Of a stretch of 64,000 nucleotides of DNA, positions 56,493 to 64,000 are shown piece by piece (the first letter of the stretch is position 1; every line of letters starts with the position of its first letter). The DNA is taken from positions 23,115 through 87,114 of the forward strand of contig CAYUAP010000003.1 of assembly GCA_964442735.1 (NCBI GenBank), in the 5' to 3' direction. The notes beneath the pieces are model-generated. The model saw only the letters and a program-made list of their open reading frames with translations. It had not been told where the DNA came from and made no database searches. Both the position numbers and the translations under genes were made by a program. The stretch comes from an uncultured Planctomycetaceae bacterium. Its GTDB lineage: Bacteria; Planctomycetota; Planctomycetia; Pirellulales; Thermoguttaceae.

Positions 56493-56850
56493 TATTTGTT
56501 TTTTCCTCTGTTTTATTATATAAAGTAATATTAAAATAATGTAATTTTATATACATAAACCATCTTTATTATGTGATTGTTACCGCTACGGTATGTTATT
56601 ATATGTTAAAATGGCTCTGTTGTACACATTTTCCCGTTTTTTTAAAAAAAAACAAGGGGTTTGGACTGTTTATAATAAAAACGGAGGAAATTCCATTTCG
56701 GATAATATATCACAGTATTCAAAGTACAAACAAGGTACATTTTGGAACCATGGATTTCATGGGTAAATACTAATAGTCTATCAAAACTATTCATGATACC
56801 CAGATTATCCATGGTCACAAATAAAAATTATTACAATTTGAGTTTAATAA

Positions 56851-57714
56851 TTATTTTTTCGGAGTGGTATCTGGAGTTGTCGGCTGACTATTTCCGGTTT
56901 GACTGTTTTTGGCGTCGGAATTATTATCGGGAACAGCTTCCGCAGTTACTTCAACTTGTTCTACAACAAGAACGGGATTATCCTGTTGATTTTGTGTCTG
57001 ATCGGAGTTTTGATCGACATCCTTCTTTTGAAGTTCGCGATAAACACGAAGACCACGTGGAATCTGAACTTTATTAATGGCATAGACATAGCCATTATTA
57101 CACTTAATAATACCGTCCGGATATTGAGTAACACTATTACATAAAGTTCCAGAACCCAGGCATGGTTTTCCATCCGAGCAGGCAACAATCTGTTTGACTT
57201 TCATTTTTTGGCGCATTTGTTCACAACAATCCTTGATTTTCGCCATTTTTTCAGGACTGGTCATCGAACCTGCATCTTCTTGATTGCAGGAAAGGGCCAT
57301 TTCCTTGAACTCCTTCAGTTTTTCCGGAGATAATGATCGGGAACAAACATGATTTAAGACTAATGCGGCCAGAGCGGGTTTGCAGGAGAAAAGTTGTTTC
57401 AATTCTTCCTGATCCCAACCTTCGAACGCTTTATTGGTCGGAACGAAGATAGTACATTCTTTTGCCTGGGCCAATGCGTTTTCCAGTCCGGATTCATGAA
57501 TGGCTTTAGCGAAAATTGAACATTCGGGACAGCTCATAACACAAGAGAGTGCGGATTCATCAACCTTGGCCTGTTTTATTTCCGTCGTGGAAGGAGTCGT
57601 AGCAACAGGAGCTGTGGTGGAATTGGTATTTGTGGAATCATCCGCAAAACCAAAAGAGGGAATTGTTGCGGCAAGAGCAATTACGAGTGTTGGAAGAGTT
57701 TTTAATGTTTTCAT
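56851..57714 (-). CDS. Secreted fasciclin (FAS1)-domain protein with Cys-rich insert and T/N/Q-rich tail
   Basis: Signal peptide MKTLKTLPTLVIALAATIPSFGFA (ATG 57714, gaaagg RBS). CTIFVPTNKAFEGW and NNGYVYAINKVQIP are FAS1 H1/H2-like motifs. Confidence 0.7.
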   Translation of the reverse strand: MKTLKTLPTLVIALAATIPSFGFADDSTNTNSTTAPVATTPSTTEIKQAKVDESALSCVMSCPECSIFAKAIHESGLENALAQAKECTIFVPTNKAFEGWDQEELKQLFSCKPALAALVLNHVCSRSLSPEKLKEFKEMALSCNQEDAGSMTSPEKMAKIKDCCEQMRQKMKVKQIVACSDGKPCLGSGTLCNSVTQYPDGIIKCNNGYVYAINKVQIPRGLRVYRELQKKDVDQNSDQTQNQQDNPVLVVEQVEVTAEAVPDNNSDAKNSQTGNSQPTTPDTTPKK

Positions 57715-58380
57715 AATTTGACCTTTCTGTATACGAAATCGGTTTTCGTTAATTAAAGACAATCCTTTATATCAGGAAACACCTTAAATTATGGTATTCA
57801 TAACCATATTCAGGGGTCCAGATTAAGAACAGCCTTAAAGTAATACAATCTTTTATCCCAATCGATATTTCCCCAATTGGGAATAACTTAAAAAAGATAG
57901 ATTAGGAAGAATCAAACAATAACAGATCAGTCAAATTTACAGGGGATTTTTTTAGTAACAAAAAAACAGACAGTTTTTTGATTTTCAGATACTATCTGTT
58001 TTTAGTATTTTACCCTTCTTTTTATTCCATTTATATCAGTTCATGTTCTATCAGTTCATGGGTTCTTCATTCCAATCACTACCCTCTTGACCACCACTAT
58101 CATATCCTGGATTGGATTGATCAGGAAGAAGCAGAAGATCAATACAGATTTTTCATATTCCATTTGATCGGATATATTATTCATCTGATTTTGTATTTCG
58201 TTTTCTTCATTTTTATTCCCTTCAATCCAACGAAGAATTTATTTGATTTTAAAGATCTTAATTAATATTTAGGTATATATTTCTATTTTAGATGCTATTC
58301 AATATCAATCAATTGAAATTGTTTACTTCTTTTTCCAAGAGATGTTCCTCGATTCATTGGGAATAAATCTTCCGAACAAC

Positions 58381-58417
58381 CATTTCCAATCACCATTTCC
58401 AATCACCATTTCCAGTC
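58381..58417. repeat. 13-bp tandem repeat, 2.8 units (catttccaatcac)
   Basis: Units at 58381-58393, 58394-58406, and partial 58407-58417. Overlaps the stop codon of the 61-aa minus-strand ORF 58403-58588. Confidence 0.9.
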
Positions 58418-58744
58418 GGAAGTCGAGGTGATTAAATTTTGTAAATCGGTAACGTTGAGGTTGTCTGCCGTTAATTCATGGATAATGGCAATTGAATAGA
58501 TTTCCGGTAATCCGAATTCGGAATAATTGGTACAAATGTTCGCGTACACTGTTGCGGATACCGTTAAAAGGGGCATCCTGTGGTTCAAAACGAAAGGCAG
58601 GTATTTTCGGTATCAACATTAAATTTTGATACTTCTAAAATATTACATTAAATTACATAATTAATGACTCCAGTAATTATTATTGACTCCTGTAATTCAA
58701 AAGCGCGAAAGTCCAAGATTACTGTCGAAAAATTCTTCGTACGA

Positions 58745-60817
58745 TTATCGATGGGTCAAGAATACTTTAATGGAATGTGAAGGCATGGAAATAATTTTTT
58801 GAGGATCAATAATTGGTCGATTAACAGTATAGATATCATGGGGACTCAGTGCGGCAGTATCGATAAAGAGCGTCCATTGTAATGACGGATGCAGTGTCAT
58901 TGCCGGAAAAGCGAAATCCATAATATCATGGGAACAGTTAAACATTAATAAAAGATGGTATTTTGAGTCGGGATCATTATCGATACCAGCGAGAAACACG
59001 GAAAAAGCCCGATTATCTGCAACATTCCAAGAGACCGTTCCCCCACGTGGCGAAAACCAGCTAATATCGGGAAATCCCCCTGGAATTTGAGGCTGACCGG
59101 TTAAAAAAGTTTTTTGACGAAGTGTGGGCTCTTTTCGACGGAAGTAGATTAGATTTTTACAAAAACGAAACATATCTTCATTTTTAACGACCAATTCCCA
59201 GTCAAACCAGGAGATTCCATTATCTTGACAATAGGCATTATTATTCCCCTGTTGCGTCCTGCGAACTTCGTCGCCTGCCGTCAGCATGGGAACTCCCTGA
59301 CTAAAAAAGAGCGTAACCAAAAAATTACGAATCTGTCGTCCACGAAAATTTTCAATGTCCTCGTCTCGGGAAGGACCTTCCCATCCGTAATTACAACTGT
59401 TATTGTTATTTTCACCGTCTTGATTCTCTTCTCCATTCATCTCGTTATGTTTACGGTTATAGCAAACAAGGTCATTTAAAGTAAATCCATCGTGACATGT
59501 AATAAAATTTATACTGCATTCCGGACTGCGATTACTATGCTGATATAAATCACTGGACCCGGAGAATCGAGTGGCGAAGTTTCCTAACATATTGAGATCA
59601 CCGCGCATAAAACGTCGAACATCGTCACGATAACGCCCGTTCCATTCGGCCCAGCGCTTCGAACCGAAGGATCCAACCTGATAGGCCCCGGCCGCATCCC
59701 AGGCTTCCGCGATAATTTTCGTTTCCGCCAACATGGGATCTTCGGAAATAGACTCCAAAACAGGAGGATTTGCCACAAGATTGCCTGCCCGATCCCGACT
59801 GAGAATCGACGCTAAATCAAAACGAAAACCATCGATATGGAAATTATGAACCCAATATCGAAGACAATTAAAAATTAATTCTCGGGTTATAGGGTGATTA
59901 CCATTGACCGTATTACCGCAACCACTGTAATTCTTGTATCGACCATAGGAATCCAACATATAATAACATCGATTGGCCAATCCTTTAAAGGAGAGTATGG
60001 GACCTTTATCGTTTCCTTCACAGGTGTGATTGAAAACAACATCAAGTATAACCTCGATTCCAGCCTGATGAAATGACAGCACCATCTGTTTAAATTCATC
60101 GACAACAGCCCCGGGAGTACTGTCGGAAGAGTAATGCTGATGTGGAGCAAAAAAAGCCATGGGATCATATCCCCAATAGTTATGCCGTTCCTTCCATGTC
60201 CCGTCAAATTCATTGACCGGATAGGCATGAACCGGCATTAGTTCCACAGTCGTAACTCCTAGTGATTTTAGATAGGGAATTTTCTCTATCAAACCTAAAT
60301 AGGTTCCAGGATGCTGGACAGCACTTAAGGGAGAATGGGTAAATCCGCGCACATGAAGTTCATAAATAATAGATTCCGATAGTGGACGACGTATGTGACG
60401 CTCTCCCGTCCAGTCGAATTGATTATTAACCACAACACACTTCGGTGGCCGAATAATACCATCGTCTGCGGGAAGAAAAAAACCGGCCAGGGCCTTGGCA
60501 TAGGGATCAATTAAACGTGCCTGACCGTTAAAAAGATCCCCTTCCGCCGGATTATAGGCTCCTTCCGCCTGAAAATGATAGAGTTGGCCCGGCTTCATAT
60601 CCGGCAAAAAAATACTCCATACATCTCCCCATCGATTCATCTTTTGATCAAGATGAATAATCGAAGTCGGTTCCATATCTGTCGCTTCATTATAAAGAAG
60701 GAGTCGAACAGCAGTCGCTTCACGGCTGACTACTGAAAAAAGGACACCGTTTTCATTATAATGAGCTCCATATGGGAGGGTATAATTAAATTTCTGGGCA
60801 GGGGATATTCTTAACAT
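58745..60817 (-). CDS. glgX: Glycogen debranching enzyme (GH13 isoamylase type)
   Basis: 690 aa. YGAHYNENGVLFSV.., IYELHVRGFT, VILDVVFNHT, GFRFDLASIL, EAWD, FITCHDGFTLND GH13 regions. Confidence 0.9.
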   Translation of the reverse strand: MLRISPAQKFNYTLPYGAHYNENGVLFSVVSREATAVRLLLYNEATDMEPTSIIHLDQKMNRWGDVWSIFLPDMKPGQLYHFQAEGAYNPAEGDLFNGQARLIDPYAKALAGFFLPADDGIIRPPKCVVVNNQFDWTGERHIRRPLSESIIYELHVRGFTHSPLSAVQHPGTYLGLIEKIPYLKSLGVTTVELMPVHAYPVNEFDGTWKERHNYWGYDPMAFFAPHQHYSSDSTPGAVVDEFKQMVLSFHQAGIEVILDVVFNHTCEGNDKGPILSFKGLANRCYYMLDSYGRYKNYSGCGNTVNGNHPITRELIFNCLRYWVHNFHIDGFRFDLASILSRDRAGNLVANPPVLESISEDPMLAETKIIAEAWDAAGAYQVGSFGSKRWAEWNGRYRDDVRRFMRGDLNMLGNFATRFSGSSDLYQHSNRSPECSINFITCHDGFTLNDLVCYNRKHNEMNGEENQDGENNNNSCNYGWEGPSRDEDIENFRGRQIRNFLVTLFFSQGVPMLTAGDEVRRTQQGNNNAYCQDNGISWFDWELVVKNEDMFRFCKNLIYFRRKEPTLRQKTFLTGQPQIPGGFPDISWFSPRGGTVSWNVADNRAFSVFLAGIDNDPDSKYHLLLMFNCSHDIMDFAFPAMTLHPSLQWTLFIDTAALSPHDIYTVNRPIIDPQKIISMPSHSIKVFLTHR

Positions 60818-60970
60818 TTTTTAAGACCGTTTCTATTCCGTCATTGTTGTCTTGTAAAAACCTTGGGTATGTGTAAAATAGGAATGGAGTTTCCGATTCG
60901 TCTGAACTTGAACCAATCGAAAACAGGATATTTTATTAATTATACCTATATAATACCTTAAATATAAAAA

Positions 60971-63178
60971 ATGGCAAGAAATAATAGGAAAACTTCTCCC
61001 TTTACGGAGAAAAAAGAAAAAAAACAAGAAAAAGAGACTGTAAAAACTTCAACTCTTCCCCCATCAGAAAAAAGAGAGCAAAAATCCTCCGGGAAAAAGA
61101 AGTCGATTTACAATTCCGAAAAATCAGAAATTTCGGAAGAGAAGCCATCCCCCACAAAAACAATGACGATTCTGGAAGAAGTTGATATTTCCAAGCAGTT
61201 TTATTTGTGGAGTTTTGTGTTAATATTTCTCTTTTTCCTGTGGTTTTGGGGGGTTCGCTATGCTAATTTCCTTTATGTCATCCAGGGAAGTTCGCTCTTC
61301 TATTGGGATCTTGACTTCGTTATGGAAAATCTGTTCGAAGTGGGCGGTTTGATGCGCCTGACAACTTTATTTTTCGTTCAATTTTTCTATTATCCATTGT
61401 TGGGTGGACTGATTCTGGCCGGAACATTATTAATCCTACAATGGGAAATACTGCGTTTCTTTCATTTATGGGGAAAATATTATTTCCTTTCATTTATTCC
61501 CTCTTGTATGTTGTGTATCATTTTTTTGTCGACAACCTATCATATTTATGATCTTCTGTGGGCACAGGAACTGTTTTCATGGATATTCGGATTGATTACT
61601 GCTCTGGGAATCGGACTGCTTTGTGACCGATGTACCTGGAAGGAATATCGTTGGTTAATCTGTGCCCTTGTCTGTTTTCTCGTATATCCGATTATCGGCG
61701 CTTTCGCGTTACTTGGTCTGTTATTCTCCCTTTTAGTTGAAGTTACAGACAATTCTCCTTCTAAAAAATTGAAATTGGAACTCCTCTTTCTTGTATTTCT
61801 GATCATACCATTGTTTTGGTATTACCTTGTATTTTCTTCTAAAATGGCGTTTCGGCAAATTTTTATCGAAGGATTCGTTGTCAACGCTTCCTTTTCCAAA
61901 AATTTTGTTCTAACACTGATTCCCTATCATATTTGTATTATTCTAACATTATTAACACTGGTTGGATTTTCCGTTTTGAGAACAAAATCTCGAAACAGAT
62001 TCCTTTTGGAAGTGCTATCGAACTCGAAAACAGGAAAGATAGAAGATAGTAATGTTGGAAAAGACCATATTGACGCCCCCATCATAAAAGAATCGGGTAA
62101 TAAACCAATATCTCGTCTTCCCTGCTTCGGTAAAAAGGAGAGAAGACAAGGGATCGGATTATTGTTGTTGATGATACTGCTGTTATATGTAGCCCCTTCT
62201 TCGGATCCTTTTTTTCAGGTTCTGGCAATGCAAAGACCTTTAGAGCAGAATAATTGGGATGAATTAATTCGTATCGAAAAGACAGGAACAGTTACAGTGC
62301 GTCCGACGATTATGATTCGTTTTTTAGCTCTATTTGAAAAAGGGGAATTGGGCGAGCAATTATTCCAACGTTCCCAGTATGGCCAGGAGGATGTAACGCT
62401 TGTGGGCATGTCTACCAATCGTATCTATGGAGATTACTTCCTTTATCGTTTCGGTTTAGTAAACTGTGCCATGAAATTGGCAATGAACAAATATGTCTCT
62501 ATGAAGTATTCGTACAATTCAATTCGAATTCTAATGCAGACAGCCCTGGTCAACGGCGACTTGCATCTGGCGCGCAGATACGCCCTCCAGCTTCAAAAAA
62601 CGCTTTTTTATCGTTCCTGGGTAAAGCCCTATTCCGATTATATTATCTCCTGTGATGCAAGGGAAAATGGTTTTTCACTTAATTTGAGTACCGAAGAACA
62701 GAAGGGGGTCGATCAAGTCAGTCGGGAAATCGGGTTAATTCGTTCACGAATGCCGAAAAAAGATTTTCTACAGAGTGTTCTTTATCCGGAATTGATTTTA
62801 TATGATGTCTGTCGAGATAGTGATTTTTCACAATGTACTCCGGAAATGCAGGAAATGATTTTATCCGTCTTCCTTCTGATTCGTTCCAGTGAACGGTTTA
62901 CGAAGGATCTGGATATCTGGATAAAGGCAAAAGGGGATCGAGTTCTGCCGAAACATTTTCGGGAAGCTCTTTTGGCCTTTGCCTCTACCCGAAAAGAGGA
63001 CAGTCTACTGAATTATCCCGGCGTTATGGAACTTCAAGGACAATATCACCAGTTCATGGGAGCTCTGCCTCGTGACAAAAATGGAAATAGAATATCGTTT
63101 CAAGATGATATTATCAAAAATATGAATAGTTCCTATTGGTTTTATTATTTTGAAGTGTCTCAAATGCCCTATTATTGA
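60971..63178 (+). CDS. Large polytopic membrane protein with K/E-rich N-terminus and soluble C-terminal helical domain (DUF6057-like, tentative)
   Basis: 735 aa, about 10 TM helices. LFFVQFFYYPLLGGLILAG resembles a DUF6057 motif from memory. No catalytic motif recognised. Confidence 0.5.
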   Translation: MARNNRKTSPFTEKKEKKQEKETVKTSTLPPSEKREQKSSGKKKSIYNSEKSEISEEKPSPTKTMTILEEVDISKQFYLWSFVLIFLFFLWFWGVRYANFLYVIQGSSLFYWDLDFVMENLFEVGGLMRLTTLFFVQFFYYPLLGGLILAGTLLILQWEILRFFHLWGKYYFLSFIPSCMLCIIFLSTTYHIYDLLWAQELFSWIFGLITALGIGLLCDRCTWKEYRWLICALVCFLVYPIIGAFALLGLLFSLLVEVTDNSPSKKLKLELLFLVFLIIPLFWYYLVFSSKMAFRQIFIEGFVVNASFSKNFVLTLIPYHICIILTLLTLVGFSVLRTKSRNRFLLEVLSNSKTGKIEDSNVGKDHIDAPIIKESGNKPISRLPCFGKKERRQGIGLLLLMILLLYVAPSSDPFFQVLAMQRPLEQNNWDELIRIEKTGTVTVRPTIMIRFLALFEKGELGEQLFQRSQYGQEDVTLVGMSTNRIYGDYFLYRFGLVNCAMKLAMNKYVSMKYSYNSIRILMQTALVNGDLHLARRYALQLQKTLFYRSWVKPYSDYIISCDARENGFSLNLSTEEQKGVDQVSREIGLIRSRMPKKDFLQSVLYPELILYDVCRDSDFSQCTPEMQEMILSVFLLIRSSERFTKDLDIWIKAKGDRVLPKHFREALLAFASTRKEDSLLNYPGVMELQGQYHQFMGALPRDKNGNRISFQDDIIKNMNSSYWFYYFEVSQMPYY

Positions 63179-63309
63179 TATTTTAGGGAAATATCTGTAA
63201 AAGGGTCTTTTGACTTTTCTAAAATGTTCTGTTAATTCCTTTGGATTTGACTTCAATTGATAAAACAAATGTAAATTTTTAAGTATCTCCGTCAAAAAAA
63301 TTTTTTTTC

Positions 63310-63337
63310 ATTGAAATACGTTTGTTTTTCAGTATAA
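63310..63337 (+). promoter_or_regulatory. Sigma-70-like promoter candidate
   Basis: ttgaaa (63310-63315), 16-nt spacer, tataat (63332-63337). Confidence 0.35.
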
Positions 63338-63403
63338 TGAAGGATAATAATAGCCTTTAAGATTTGCCGTTAAGATATTTTTAGCATACAATGGAGTAAA
63401 AAA

Positions 63404-64000
63404 ATGATTAATCAAGAACTATTGGACAAGAGTTTCGTGTTTTCACTTCGAATCATTAAAATGCATCGATATATGAGCAAGGAATTCAAGGAATACTTTA
63501 TATCCAAACAGATATTAAATCTTGGTTTGGATTTATGTGAACAGCTTCGTAAAGGACTTTATGCCCGAAATCAAATAGAATTGGAAAATAAATTACACGC
63601 CGTATTGGAAATTGCGGAAGCAACCGCCTATCGAATAGAATTGCTTCACGCCCTTGATTATCTTAACGACAAAGCGACCGCGAGTATAATGGACGACTGT
63701 CGAGAAATTCAATCTTTAATACAACTGGAGTTGGATCCTAAAACGACTCAAATGATTTCAAACAATACCAAGGGGGCATCAGAAGAATATTATGAAGAAA
63801 ATACATTAGATTCCATTTCTGAAAAAAATACTTCTCCTGAAGATGAATCATTGGAAGAATCGTTAGAGGAAAAAGAGAAAAAAGAAGATATGTCATTCGA
63901 AGAATGGGTGGAGTCAGAAGACAATAATGTGGAGTCAGAAGACAATAATGATGTATCTTCCTCGACGGATAAAATACAAGAAAAAGAAGAGGAATTGAAC
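63404..64000 (+). CDS. Partial CDS (3' end outside window): four-helix-bundle protein (23S rRNA-intervening-sequence / bAvd-like family) with acidic C-terminal extension
   Basis: Not in the ORF track because no stop is reached. My translation from the ATG at 63404 is open for 199 codons: MINQELLDKSFVFSLRIIKMHRYMSKEFKEYFISKQILNLGLDLCEQLRKG...LEIAEATAYRIELLHALDYL...DDCREIQSLI, then an E/D/S-rich tail. ggag lies 8 nt upstream. Confidence 0.5.
   Translation, partial: MINQELLDKSFVFSLRIIKMHRYMSKEFKEYFISKQILNLGLDLCEQLRKGLYARNQIELENKLHAVLEIAEATAYRIELLHALDYLNDKATASIMDDCREIQSLIQLELDPKTTQMISNNTKGASEEYYEENTLDSISEKNTSPEDESLEESLEEKEKKEDMSFEEWVESEDNNVESEDNNDVSSSTDKIQEKEEELN

Noticed and set aside
56637-56652. 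T7A9 tract upstream of moxR, and a similar A7T8 tract at 63294-63308
   Set aside because: A/T homopolymers are unremarkable in this AT-rich genome. They probably reflect intrinsic bending or UP-element-like sequence, and there is no evidence of a specific function.
57978-58265. 95-aa ORF in the AT-rich gap
   Set aside because: Its F/I/Y/L-rich, low-complexity translation reflects AT-rich DNA. It has a TTG start and no motif.
1-64000. Search for tRNA, rRNA, tmRNA, integrase, transposase, phage or toxin-antitoxin genes, and for known defence-system hallmarks (nucleases, helicases, methyltransferases, TIR/SIR2, reverse transcriptase)
   Set aside because: None were recognised by eye. In particular no GGTTCGAATCC-type T-arms occur in intergenic regions, and no ORF has such motifs. 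A tRNAscan or HMM run would be needed to be certain.

Overview
AT-rich bacterial chromosomal window with about 40 protein genes. I saw no rRNA, tRNA or CRISPR array.

Gene content, in order:
- the 3' 6.3 kb of a giant Pmp-repeat surface protein, then hisG
- a GT2 synthase, followed by a tightly packed 5-gene operon: GmhA-like SIS/HAD fusion, HldE-like PfkB kinase, an unknown with a possible DHS-like fold, a secreted beta-propeller hydrolase-like protein, and a disrupted HExxH membrane peptidase
- glycan-utilisation genes: PQQ-like propeller, Tat Gfo/Idh/MocA oxidoreductase, CBM-GH10 xylanase
- nrdG, then a cobalamin riboswitch plus nrdD; a second cobalamin riboswitch plus metE
- an aldo-keto reductase, a menA-like remnant, a GNAT, and a Tat C_GCAxxG/di-haem protein
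- a trio of TerD, divergent TerD and AIM24
- gcvPB-gcvPA, ruvC, gcvT, argJ, thiC and an FKBP
- an orphan FliF(-FliG-like)/FliH-like pair
- a complete but strongly expanded Bat/MoxR operon (moxR, DUF58, x, batA, batB, batD/E fusion)
- a fasciclin protein, glgX, a DUF6057-like membrane protein and a partial four-helix-bundle protein

The non-coding layer is the most unusual part:
- a 167-206 bp MITE-like element in 3 copies, with terminal inverted repeats and 8-bp target duplications
- a 121-bp palindromic element present as an inverted pair bracketing gcvPA-gcvPB
- a recurring hairpin module
- two related 16-bp tandem arrays in opposite orientation bracketing the nrdG/riboswitch segment
- many exact 12-21 bp tandem duplications; two straddle stop codons and one is a 13-unit in-frame DQNK repeat in batB

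Gene content suggests an anaerobic, glycan-degrading, PVC-like bacterium. Taxonomy and all family calls come from motif recognition by eye and need database confirmation. I recognised no canonical defence system, prophage, integrase or transposase gene.
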